Shown here: positions 1 through 11,629 of the stretch, in pieces | How the letters are laid out: every line of letters starts with the position of its first letter | Position numbering within the stretch: the stretch's first letter is position 1 | Position numbers and translations under genes: made by a program | Assembly (NCBI GenBank): GCA_002269645.1 | Contig: NIVC01000438.1 | Span: 287,379-351,378 of the forward strand | Direction of reading: 5' to 3' | DNA from: Macrostomum lignano | Lineage: Eukaryota | DNA length: 64,000 bases | Notes under the pieces: model-generated | Told to the model about the DNA's origin: nothing | The model's input: the letters and a program-made list of their open reading frames with translations, nothing else | Database searches by the model: none

Positions 1-3000
1 AACGGTGCCTGGGTGATGAAGTCCGGAAAGGCGTTACTAGAATTATTGTTATTACAAGTTCCACCCTTATCGCCCTCTGCGGCTAGCGGTGTGAAACTGG
101 GAAATGCTCCCACAGACGATGAAGGCAAGCCTGATGCGCCCCCCGTAGCTGATTGGGAATTGTCGAAATGAAGCTGCGATTGAACCAATGCGTCCTGCTG
201 AAGCTCCTGGGTGCTGGAACGAATTCACAAATGGGTTTTACAGATTAAAAGAAAAAAGATTTCATTAATCAAATCAACAAATGGTCAGCAGTTACCTGAA
301 CCAATCGTCGCTGGTGGATAGTTCCTGCAAGATAGACGGAGGGACAAAGGAGAGTGGTTTAAATCTTTGTTCTAAGATGAAGACAACAGATACACAATTA
401 TTAAATAGTATAATTGTTACAGAGGTGACTAAGGATATGGTGATTAAAAAATCTACGCGATAAGGATTAAACAGGGATGTGTGGAAACAAAGGTGCAGGA
501 AAAAGTGTACATTAGTAAATAAGGGACATGGGTCGATAAAAAGACATGGCTAGACACATGTCCGTATCTACCCACGGACACATGGATAGATACGGACACA
601 TGGGTAGATACGGACACATGGGTAGATACGGACACATGGGTAGATACGGACACATGGGTAGATACGGACACATGGGTAGATACGGACACATGGGTAGATA
701 CGGACACCTGGGTAGATACGGACACATGGGTAGATACGGACACATGGGTAGATACGGACACATGGGTAGATACGGACACATGGGTAGACACGGAAACATG
801 GGTAGATACGGACACATGGGTAGATACGGACACATGGGTAGATACGGACACATGGGTAGACACGGAAACATGGGTAGATACGGACACATGGGTAGATACG
901 GACACATGGGTAGATACGGACACATGGGTAGATACGGAAACATGGGTAGATACGGACACATGGGTAGATACGGACACATGGGTAGATACGGACACATGGG
1001 TAGATACGGACACCTGGGTAGATACGGACACATGGGTAGACACGGACACATGGGTAGATACGGACACCTGGGTAGATACGGACACACGGGTAGATACGGA
1101 CACATGGGTAGACACGGACACATGGGTAGACACGGACACATGGGTAGATACGGACACATGGGTAGATACGGACACATGGGTAGATACGGACACCTGGGTA
1201 GATACGGACACATGGGTAGATAAAGACACATGGGTAGATACGGACACATGGGTAGATACGGACACCTGGGTAGATACGGACACACGGGTAGATAGACACA
1301 TGGGTAGATAAAGACACATGGGTAGATAAAGACACATGGGTAGATAAAGACACATGGGTAGATAAAGACACATGGGTAGATAAAGACACATGGGTAGATA
1401 CGGACACCTGGGTAGATAAAGACACATGGGTAGATACGGACACCTGGGTAGATAAAGACACATGGGTAGATAAAGACACATGGGTAGATAAAGACACATG
1501 GGTAGATAAAGACACATGGGTAGATACGGACACATGGGTAGATACGGACACATGGGTAGATACGGACACATGGGTAGATAAAGACACATGGGTAGATACG
1601 GACACATGGGTAGATACGGACACACGGGTAGATAAAGACACATGGGTAGATAAAGACACATGGGTAGATAAAGACACATGGGTAGATAAAGACACATGGG
1701 TAGATACGGACACATGGGTAGATACGGACACATGGGTAGATACGGACACATGGGTAGATAAAGACACATGGGTAGATAAAGACACATGGGTAGATAAAGA
1801 CACATGGGTAGATACGGACACATGGGTAGATACGGACACATGGGTAGATACGGACACATGGGTAGATACGGATACACACGGACACCAAACAAGCCAGCAG
1901 AAATCGCAGAGCACATCAATAGCATTACCCGCTGGTACTGGGTGGGCTGCGGTGTGTCAGGCAGCTGACTGGGCAGCCGCTGACCGCCCAGCAGCGCGGC
2001 ACCCGCGGCACTAGCAGCGGTCATTGAAGTGGCCGACCGTCCAAAGATCGAAGCCGATCCGGCCGTATTGCTATTAGAAAACAGATCGACCTGAGAGTCC
2101 TGTGAGAATACCACTGCCGGATTTGTGTCTTGGTTAGAAGTTTCTTCTGCTTCTTCTAGGAGACAGTCAGGCTCTTCAGTTTTATTATCGTCCACAGCCT
2201 CTTCAGCCTCAGAATCTGACGAATCCGAACCACTACTCGAATCTGAATTGCTCGGCTCGTATTCTTCATCACTTTCATCCTCGTCATTGACTACGCCAGA
2301 TTTCGAATGTCTACTTTTGTCGACGTCTTTCTCCGAATTTTTCTGTTCATTCTCTTTTTTAAATTCTTCATATCGTCTGTAGCGCTCCTCGAGGCTCTGC
2401 ACACCCTGCCGGACCGCCTTCTTCATTAGGTTTGCGCGAAATTCATTGAAAGCCTGCCGACTGCAGGCGCTTGGCAACGAGTCCCTGTCAGCCGCCTGGT
2501 GGTACTTCACCGTCTGACATTCAACTCGCAGTGGAGCTGGCTTTGTCACAGCTGACGAAGTGCTGCTGGCTTCTGTTGCTGCACCGACAGCTTTCTGACT
2601 GTCCGGCTGCTGCTCGCTGTCGTCTTGCGACACCAGGCGCATGATTGACAGCTGTTGGTTAGGAGGGGAAGGGTGTGACATAAGTGACACTGGGGGAGAT
2701 CGGGCACTGACTTGGTGTGACATACTATCAGATTGTCACACTGTCAGATTGTCACACTGTCAGATTGTCACACTGCCAGATTGTCACACTGCCAGATTGT
2801 CACACTGTCAGATTGTCACACTGTCAGATTGTCACACTGTCAGATTGTCACACTGTCAGATTGTCACACTGTCAGATTGTCACACTGTCAGATTGTCACA
2901 CTGCCAGATTGTCACACTGTCAGATTGTCACACTGTCAGATTGTCACACTGTCAGATTGTCACACTGTCAGATTGTCACACTGTCAGATTGTCACACTGC

Positions 3001-4353
3001 CAGATTGTCACACTGGCGATTATCACACTGTCAGATTGTCCCACTGCCAGGTTGTCACACTGCCAGGTTGTCACACCAACAGATTGTCACACTGCCAGGT
3101 TGTCACACCAACAGATTGTCACACTGCCGATTGTCACACTGTCAGATTGTTCCACTGCCAGGTTGTCACACCAACAGATTGTCACACTGCCGATTGTCAC
3201 ACTGTCAGATTGTTCCACTGCCAGGTTGTCACACTGCCAGATTGTCACACTAACAGATTTTCACACTGCCAGATTGTCACACTGACAGATTGTCACACTG
3301 ACAGATTGTCACACTGCCAGATTGTCACACTGTCACACGGTCACACCGACACTGACAGGTCACACCGACAGATTGTCACACCGACAGATTCTAACAATAC
3401 CAGACTGTCACACTGCCAGGTTGTCACACAGACAGATTGTCACACCGACAGATTGTCACACCGACAGATTGTCACACTGCCAGGTTGTCACACTGACAGA
3501 TTGTCACACTACCAGACTGTCACACTCTGACAGATTGTCACACTGCCAGGTTGTCACACTGACAGATTGTCACACTACCAGACTGTCACACTCTGACAGA
3601 TTGTCACACTGCCAGGTTGTCACACAGACAGATTGTCACACTGCCAGGTTTTCACACTACCAGACTGTCACACTGCCAGATTGTCACACTGCCAGATTGT
3701 CACACTGCCAGATTGTCACATTACCAGATTGTCACACTGCCAGATTGTCACATTACTAGATTGTCACATTACCAGATTGTCACACTGCCAGATTGTCACA
3801 TTACTAGATTGTCACATTACCAGATTGTCACACTGCCAGATTGTCACACTGCCAGATTGTCACACTGATTTGTTTGTTTTGTTGTTGGCAGAATTTCTGA
3901 ATATCACAATGTCACACTACCAAGATATTACCACAATCAAAGAAGCATCCATGACAACAAGCTCACTTCAAAATCCTTAGACTGCGAGTGCATCAGTTTC
4001 CTTGGGTCGTTGGGCACAGCCGCATGCCTTTCAAACCGGCGCTTAAACTCAGCCTTAGCCATGGCTTCGGGGTCTGCTATTGGCGCTACTCCAGAAGATT
4101 TTGTCGACTCCTTCGACGGAGAAGTCAGATCAATGAAGCCATCAGCATCGCCTGCGCTGAGCTTAGGAGGCGGCATTTTAGCTGCTAAATTGGCTAGCAA
4201 AGCGCGCCGGCGAGATAAAGCAGCCTCGGTACCTTTTGGTTTTGTAGTCTCCTCAGTCTCCTTTGATTCAGTAGCAGTGGTGTCAATGCCAGCATCAAAA
4301 TGCTCAGTTGATGGATTGTCCATTTTGATTAACAGCAATGATTGATGATATGT
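1..4353 (-). CDS. CLSPN: Claspin-like gene, internal/partial; predicted exons 4353(or ATG 4323)-3967, 2651-1929, 324-296, 213-<1 (continues off the window)
   Basis: GT-AG sites join in frame (phases 0,0,2): ...KDFE|LSIMRL...TQYQR|ELSTSDDWFS|TQELQQ.... The motif order PKLSAGDADGFIDL / FKRRFERHA / FRANLMKKAVRQ..EERYRR / long acidic tract resembles, from memory, the central region of Claspin (KPRLGADEDSFVIL / LKQRFWKHA / [20 protein letters not shown] / acidic tract). The identification is recall-based and the 5' exons were not found. Confidence 0.55.
527..1882. repeat. 18-bp minisatellite (CATGGGTAGATACGGACA; variant ...TAAAGACA), intronic
   Basis: Visible tandem array of ~75 units; it accounts for the YLPMCP/VSTHVS/GRYGHM ORFs. 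Confidence 0.97.
2722..3866. repeat. 16-bp minisatellite (GATTGTCACACTGYCA), intronic
   Basis: Visible tandem array inside the predicted intron 2652-3966. Confidence 0.96.
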
Positions 4354-7300
4354 CTGCATGAATTCATTTAACTAGGCTTGAATTCAAGCTTATAGCTAAA
4401 GATATAAGATGATATTGTTGAGAATCGAGATACTGTTGAGCTAGCATCAATGATAAATTTCTTAGTATATTTAAGCAAGCTTAACAATATTCTAAGTCTC
4501 TAAAACCTCCATTAAAGCTATACATATTATACTTAAATGACTTATGACTTTGCTATATTAATCAACATTGGCAGTCTAAGATAAAAGCTAATAATCCCCA
4601 AGGACTAAGATCTAGCTTAATATGGCATTTTTGACAGAGGTAGACTATTATATAGGGTAATAACCATTCATTTGCTAATTTCATATGCTACTTTAAAATC
4701 CAATTTATTCATTAATTGTTGATTTCCTATTGGTTAAAAATTCAATTAGAATTCTATTTAACTTTATCTATGACTAACAATAGACAAATACTTAGTTTTA
4801 CCCAATTGAGTTCCATAACTTAAGGCATACCAATATGAATATACAATTCAAATTTATACAAAAGGTTTTTGGCAAAGAAATAGGGCTAAAAGTTTCAATG
4901 AAATTGTAAAGAATAAGAAGCAAATATAAATTTGGAAAAGGTAAAAAGTTTTCATAAGATATATCTGGCATTTGTTTGGATAATAACAAGCTTATATTGT
5001 TATTCAAAGGCTTACTAAAATATAAAATTGCTTAAAAAAGATTTTTTAATTGAAGATGGTACATTCTAACACTAAAATAAAAACTATAGAACTTTTTCTC
5101 AGTTTTTATATATTAGATATATTTCAATCTTAGCCAACTTTATTAATTTTTCAACTTTTTCGACAGGTTAGCTTTTTAAGCTTTGTTGCTCTCAATTGAG
5201 AAACAAATTTTAATATGTTGAATTTTGTCTAGGGCTTATGTTAAAGAAAAATTTTACTCTTTAACTTTAAAGAACTTTAACTCTCTTTAACTATATAGTA
5301 GAGAGCCTACTGATATGTCTATAAAGGTTTTAGTCACTTTGTTTGCCACTAACTTGTCTGCCAAAAATACATGTAATAAGTCTATAAGCTAATCTACTAG
5401 TAATCTGTCTGCTACCAACTTGTTCACCAATAGCATTAAATTAGACATGCATTTCTATAATCTAAACTACAAATTTTGTGATTATTTACCTTATATTATA
5501 TATATATTAAAAAACTACTTATACTAGGCCTATTAATATTATAGATGGACTGATTTTTAATAAAACTTTAATTTTGCAAAATAATAATAAAAGCCATTAT
5601 AAATGACATGACATTTCTATTTTATCATTTTGATAATATTTCTAAATTTGAAGCTATTTTATTTCATTCTTTTACAAAAAACTTTTTATTTCTTTTGAAT
5701 TACTGAAAAAGTATACATAGGCCTGTACATTAATCAATATACAATCCATAAAAAAAACCTAGTTAGTAAAAGAAATTCATTTAATAAAGAGCAAAATGAA
5801 TGTCCCTATCTATAAAAAACAAAATATATCCATTGCTTACAAATATTTGAATAATTTTATAATTATTTGATAAACTATATTAACTTATTTTCTTTACTTT
5901 TTAGATGGAATCAACTTAGCCTACTTGTGAGTTAAAAAATGGATTGCAAATGCAATGACTAGGCCTAGATTCTAGAATTCTGTCTATGATAGGGCTTACA
6001 TTTTATGTGTGAGGTTTATTTTGGATATTTTTAAGTTTTTTGCTGTTTTAGCTATATTAGATATAGGCCTAATTAATCAATATAATAAATAAAAATAGCC
6101 TAAAAAGTAGCAAATTTAGGGGAGAGGTGCATAGGGCAGGTCTTATAAAGTTAGAATTTTTTATGGAAAACACATGTACATGATAGACTATGGCTATACA
6201 TAGGCCTATTTATATACCTTAGCAATTGGTACCCATGCCTCTACCCCATTTAAATTTTCTGGATTTATTGTGGATAAAAATAAAAAAACTAAAAATAATA
6301 TATGACAATAATTTATTGAACAAAGTTATATGGAAATATTTATTAAAAAATAGTTTTTAAGAAAAAATATTATTACATGAATACAGCAGTCAGACAATAC
6401 TTAACAGCTTAGGCTAGGCCCTATTACTACTAGAGAGTAGAGCTTAGACAAAATTTTACAAATATGAAAGTTGATGAAACATTTAGAAGAATTGAGATAA
6501 AGTGTTACAACTTTTTATTACTTGACCACTTCTTAAGAGCAAGGTGTCTTTCCACTCAAGACAAATGAGAATTATTAAATGGGATAAAAATAGGTTAAAA
6601 AAACTAGCCCTCGTACTAAAAAATTAAACTTTTAAAATCTTGTTGCAACATATGAGTATGACTTTATTTACACTTCAGGTTATTTTTATTAACCTAAAAC
6701 TTTATTAGGGGTTGTTACTCTTTAGGCAATTAGGCTTATTATTATTAGGTAATCAGACAAAATTTCTTGATGTGCAATGATTTTATCTATTGCCTTTTTG
6801 TCTGCAGGCAGACGAAACAACTTATTCTAGGCTCTAGCAGACAAATTGGATGCAGGTCCTAGAATTTTCTTAGATGAAACATTTTCTGGGTTAGGAAAAA
6901 TATCCACATCTGGATCCTACTTGGAATATTTACAACTTTAATTATAATAGGCTATAACTTTATCTTCTGTATCCTGTGATCTTCATGCTTTAGGGTCTAC
7001 TACTTGCTGTCTTCACTCTTCAACTAAGCCTAATCCTGCGTTATCCTGTAAGCAATAAAGAAAGAATAGAGTGGGAAAATTGCCTTTGATATATTGCTAC
7101 TTTCCGTACTTTTTACTAGCACTAGCTAACCAGTAGGGCCTAACAGCTCCCGATTACACACGTGATGTCACGTGGACTGCCGTTGAATTAACTTTCTTTT
7201 TTAGCGACTTTAAACTGTTTTTCCAGGAAAACAAAAACTACACTTTAACAAAAACCTGGCATGAGTAATTGCATGAATCACTTCCTCAAAAAATCCAATT

Positions 7301-7473
7301 ACGAATCTTTGAGGACAGAATAAAACTTCCAAGCTATCTAGCCGAAACTATAAACTCTACAATCACAAAGTTTCAGTAGCAAGGATTTCATAATTCACAA
7401 TTGCTTCCAAAATGTGAAAGATCGAAAACTTCAAACTAGAGGGATGGTGTTTTTACGACGATGTACGAAGCTT

Positions 7474-10400
7474 CACCCGTGTCGCAATTATATGGTGGCT
7501 TTACAAGCATTTTTCTGCACGAAAAAAAACGGCATAGTAAGCTAACTTCTGCATGCAGATATGCATTTTCTACATGCATTTTCTAGCCTGACTGGAAAGC
7601 GTGGCGGCAATTTAAAATCGTTTATTTGCGTCGCGTGCACGCCTGCTAGCTAGCTCAGCTCATTATGGATGGGGGCTGAAGTGAAGCGTAACACAACACA
7701 AATGGCCGTACACAGAGAAGGGCAGCACGCTCTGTGCTACGCTCCCAAACGAGCTAGTAGTATGTTTAATACGCTTTACGTTTAATACACATACACATGA
7801 AATCTTGACAATTAGTGACGAATGAAAATAGTCATTCCTACTTTCTTCTAGGCCTAGTATTTCGCGCCGTAGTCATGTGATCTTATTAGCCTATACAGTT
7901 TTAAATCTATTTTCTTTTCTTTTATATTATATTATAGCTTCATGTTGTACCTATAAATTCTCCCTAAATATGGTTCTTTTCGATCTTAAGACTACAATTC
8001 ATTTAATTTTAGACCAACTTTAGTCCCTTTTTAATTAGCTTTATTTTTGACTAGTTCTAAGGCTAAGGGCTAAGGCCAAGAATATTAATGTAAGCTTAAG
8101 CCTAAGAAGGCTTATTAGCCTCTATTGTCTTTTAATTTATTTGCTCTATAGACTATAGTTAAATACCATGCACATTTCAATAAACATTTTTGATAAATAA
8201 GATTTGACCATATATTTATAATTTAAAAAATATATATTTTAGTCTAGGCTAGGCCTAGCTACATATAATAAAAGTTAAGTTATAAACAAACATATTCAAT
8301 AGAATACAATTATGAATATCAAAAACTAGTATAAACTGACTAGCTAGGCCACTTATTACACAGGCTACTAGCTATTTATTAATAGGTCTACTATATATTA
8401 TATAATATGAGTCATAGTATTTTTGGCTTAACTTTCTTCTTTTTTGCCTTAGCCTCTAGCCTCCACCTTCCCTTCCTCTCTAGCACTTGCCACTTACCCT
8501 AAGTTGCAAATCTAGAAAATTTTTAAGGAGGGGCCAAGCTATACCAAGCACTATAAACCCTATATTGGAAAATAGACCTGGCATAGTTAGCAGTCCAAAA
8601 AAGTATGGTCAAAATTTCTTTGGCTGCAACTGAAGGGATCCGCCCTTGTTACCCTTTCTTTTTTCCAGCCGTACCTTTTAGCCCTACCCTCTCCTTCCTT
8701 CTAGCCCCTAGCTTCTCTCCTCTAGCCTTATCCTCTTCTCTCCTCTAGACTTCACCCTCTTCTCCCCTCTAGCCCTCACCCTCTTCTCTTCTCTAGCCCC
8801 TACCCTCTTCTCCCCTTCAGACTCCACCTCTCCTCCCCTTCCGACCTCACCCTCTCCTCCCCTTTAGATCCCATTCCCTTCTCCCTTCCAGACCCCACCC
8901 TCTCCTCCCCTTTAGACCCCACCCTCTCCTCCCCTTCAGTCCTCACCCTCTTCTCCCCCTCAGACCCCACCCTCTCCTCCCCTTCAGTCCTCACCCTCTT
9001 CTCCCCTCTAGAATCCACCCTCTTCTCCCCTCTAGCACCCACCCTCTTCTCCCCTTCAGATCCCACTCTCTCCTCCCCTTCAGACCCCACCCTCTCCTCC
9101 CCTTCAGATCCCACTCTCTCCTCCCTTCCAGACCCCACCCTCTCCTCCTCTTCAGACCCCACCCTCTCCACCCCTTCAGACTCCACCCTCTTCTCCCCTT
9201 CCAACCCCACCCTCTCCTCCCCTTCAGATGCCACTCTCTCTTTCCTCCCTCTCAGACCCCACCCTCTTCTCCCCTTCAGATCCCACTCTCTCCTCCCCTT
9301 CAGACCCCACCCTCTCCTCCCCTTCAGACCCCACCCTCTTCTCTCCTCTAGCCCCTACCCTCTCCTCCCCTTCAGTCCTCACCCTCTTCTCCCCTCTAGC
9401 CCCCACCCTCTTCTCCCCTTCAGATCCCACTCTCTCCTCCCTTCCAGACCCCACCCTCTCCTCCCCTTCAGATCCCACTCTCTCCTCCCTTCCAGACCCC
9501 ACCCTCTCCTCCTCTTCAGACCCCACCCTCTCCACCCCTTCAGACTCCACCCTCTTCTCCCCTTCCAACCCCACCCTCTCCTCCCCTTCAGTCCTCACCC
9601 TCTTCTCTCCTCTAGAATCCTCTTCTCCCCTTCTTCTCCCCTTTATCACCCTCTTCTCCCCTTCAGACCCCACCCTCTTCTCCCCTCTAGAATCCACCCT
9701 CTTCTCCCCTCTAGAATCCACCCTCTTCTCTCCTCTAGCCCCCACCCTCTTCTCCCCTTCAGATCCCACTCTCTCCTCCCTTCCAGACCCCACCCTCTCC
9801 TCCCCTTCAGACCCCACCCTCTCCACCCCTTCAGACTCCACCCTCTTCTCCCCTTCAAACCCCACCCTCTTCTCCCCTTCCAACCCCACCCTCTTCTCCC
9901 CTTCCAACCCCACCCTCTTCTCCCCTTCAGATCCCACTCTCTCCTCCCTTCCAGACCCCACCCTCTCCACCCCTTCAGACCCCACCCTCTCCACCCCTTC
10001 AGACTCCACCCTCTCCACCCCTTCAAACCCCACCCTCTCCACCCCTTCAGACTCCACCCTCTTCTCCCCTTCCAACCCCACCCTCTTCTCCCCTTCAGAT
10101 CCCACCCTCTCCTCCCTTCCAGACCCCACCCTCTCCACCCCTTCGGACCCCACCCTCTCCACCCCTTCAGACTCCACCCTCTCCACCCCTTCAGACCCCA
10201 CCCTCTTCTCCCCTTCAGAACCCACCGTCATCCCTTTAGATCCCACCCTCTTCTCCCTACCCTTCTCGCCAACACTTCCACTCCTTACCCTCCTCCCTAT
10301 ACCCTCATTCCCTTACCCTCATTCACTTGCCCTCCTACTTTCGCCCTCCTTCGCTATCCTTCACACCTACCGTCCTCTACTCTTCCCCCCTATCCCCTCC

Positions 10401-10562
10401 TCTACCCACCTTCCCTCTACCTCCTCCCCTTACCCTTTACCCTCTTCCCCATTTGACCCTACCCTCAACCCGGGCTGTCTTACCCTACCATAATCGCTGC
10501 CCTCTACCGTCTTTATGATCTACCCCTCTAGTGTTCTCTGCGGTCTACTGTCTTCCAGGCCT
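7474..10562 (+). repeat. Left terminal inverted repeat (~3.09 kb)
   Basis: Reverse complement of 22972-26085. The mirrored ORFs 9228-10493(+) / 23041-24330(-) are identical except for one extra 8-aa unit. Confidence 0.95.
8740..10230. repeat. 24-bp C/T-rich minisatellite (CCTTCAGACCCCACCCTCTCCTCC-like) inside left TIR
   Basis: Degenerate tandem array; source of the PSDPTLSS / EGEERVGS pseudo-ORFs; mirrored at ~23290-24800. Confidence 0.93.
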
Positions 10563-11540
10563 CCTCTACCCTTCTCCCTTACCCCTTCTTACCCCTACTT
10601 ATTACCCTCTGCCTTACCATCTTTTCGTTGCCCTATTCCCCTACCCTTCTCTCCTACCCTCTCCCTACCCTAGAGCAATCTTCTCCCCTACCCCTTTCCC
10701 CTTACTCTCCTCCCCTACCCTCTTCCCTCCACTCCCGATAACCTTAAGCCCTCTTTTCCTACCCTCCATCCCTATCACCCTCCCCTACCCTCCTCCCCTA
10801 GAGGCTTACCTGTACCACTCCCCCACCCTCCTTCCCTAGCTTCCTCCTCTTACCTTCCCTACCCTCCCCCGACCATATCCTTATCCTTATCCTTACCCTA
10901 TTCCTTTACCCTTCTTCCCTACTCTCCCTACCTTCTTCCCTCTAACCCCACACCTCCTCTACCCTCTACTTCTTACCAACCGCTCTACTTACTCCTTGCC
11001 CTCTTTCCCTACTCTCTCCCTCCACCATAACCGCAACCCCTTTTTCTAATCGTCCTTTTCTATCCTCCTTCCCTACCTCCTCCTACCCTCCTTCCCTATC
11101 CTCTTCCCCTACTCTTTCCCTCACTCACTGCTGGAAGAAGCTCTCTCTACCCCTCCCCTGCCCTTAACCCCTCTTCCCCTATCCTTTTTCCCTAGCTTCC
11201 TCTTACCCCCCCCTTTCCTAAGATCCCAACCCTCCCCCGACCTCTACTCCTTGCCCTATTCCTCTACCCTTTCTCCTGCCCTCCCTACTCTCTTCCTTCT
11301 ATCCCTCCCTCTACCTCCTCCTCTACCATCTACTTCTTACCCTTCGTCCTAACCTCCATTCCTTGCCCTCCTTCCCTACTCTGTCCCCTATTCTCAACCT
11401 CCTTTTCCCCTACCCTCCTTACCCTTCTCTTCTACCCCGTACCCTCTCCCTCTATCTCCTCTCTACCCTGCTCCCCTAGCCTTCTTTTCTACCCTTCTCC
11501 TCTCCCTTTTCCCCATCCTCTTTCCCAACCTCCACCTCTA
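10563..11540. repeat. Polypyrimidine low-complexity tract between left TIR and passenger gene
   Basis: Almost exclusively C/T with CCCTA/CCTCT motifs; absent from the right arm. Confidence 0.85.
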
Positions 11541-11629
11541 CTATTTGAAACCATAATGACATAAAACTTCCAGATTGTCGTAGCTACCTGTACCCACTCT
11601 ATAATATATATTTACTTCCCTGATTTCAG

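Noticed and set aside
453-1914. Long ORFs of 225-756 aa (YLPMCP, VSTHVS, GRYGHM repeats)
   Set aside because: These are read-through of an 18-bp stop-free intronic satellite. Only 1929-2651 of the 756-aa ORF is a plausible exon.
7155-7180. Paired CACGTG E-boxes as the Claspin promoter
   Set aside because: A 6-bp motif pair with no link to a mapped first exon; not supportable from sequence alone.
8800-10493. 340-430-aa EGEERVGS / PSDPTLSS ORFs and their mirrors at 23041-24758
   Set aside because: Translation of the 24-bp satellite in the TIRs, open on both strands, with no domain or splice support.
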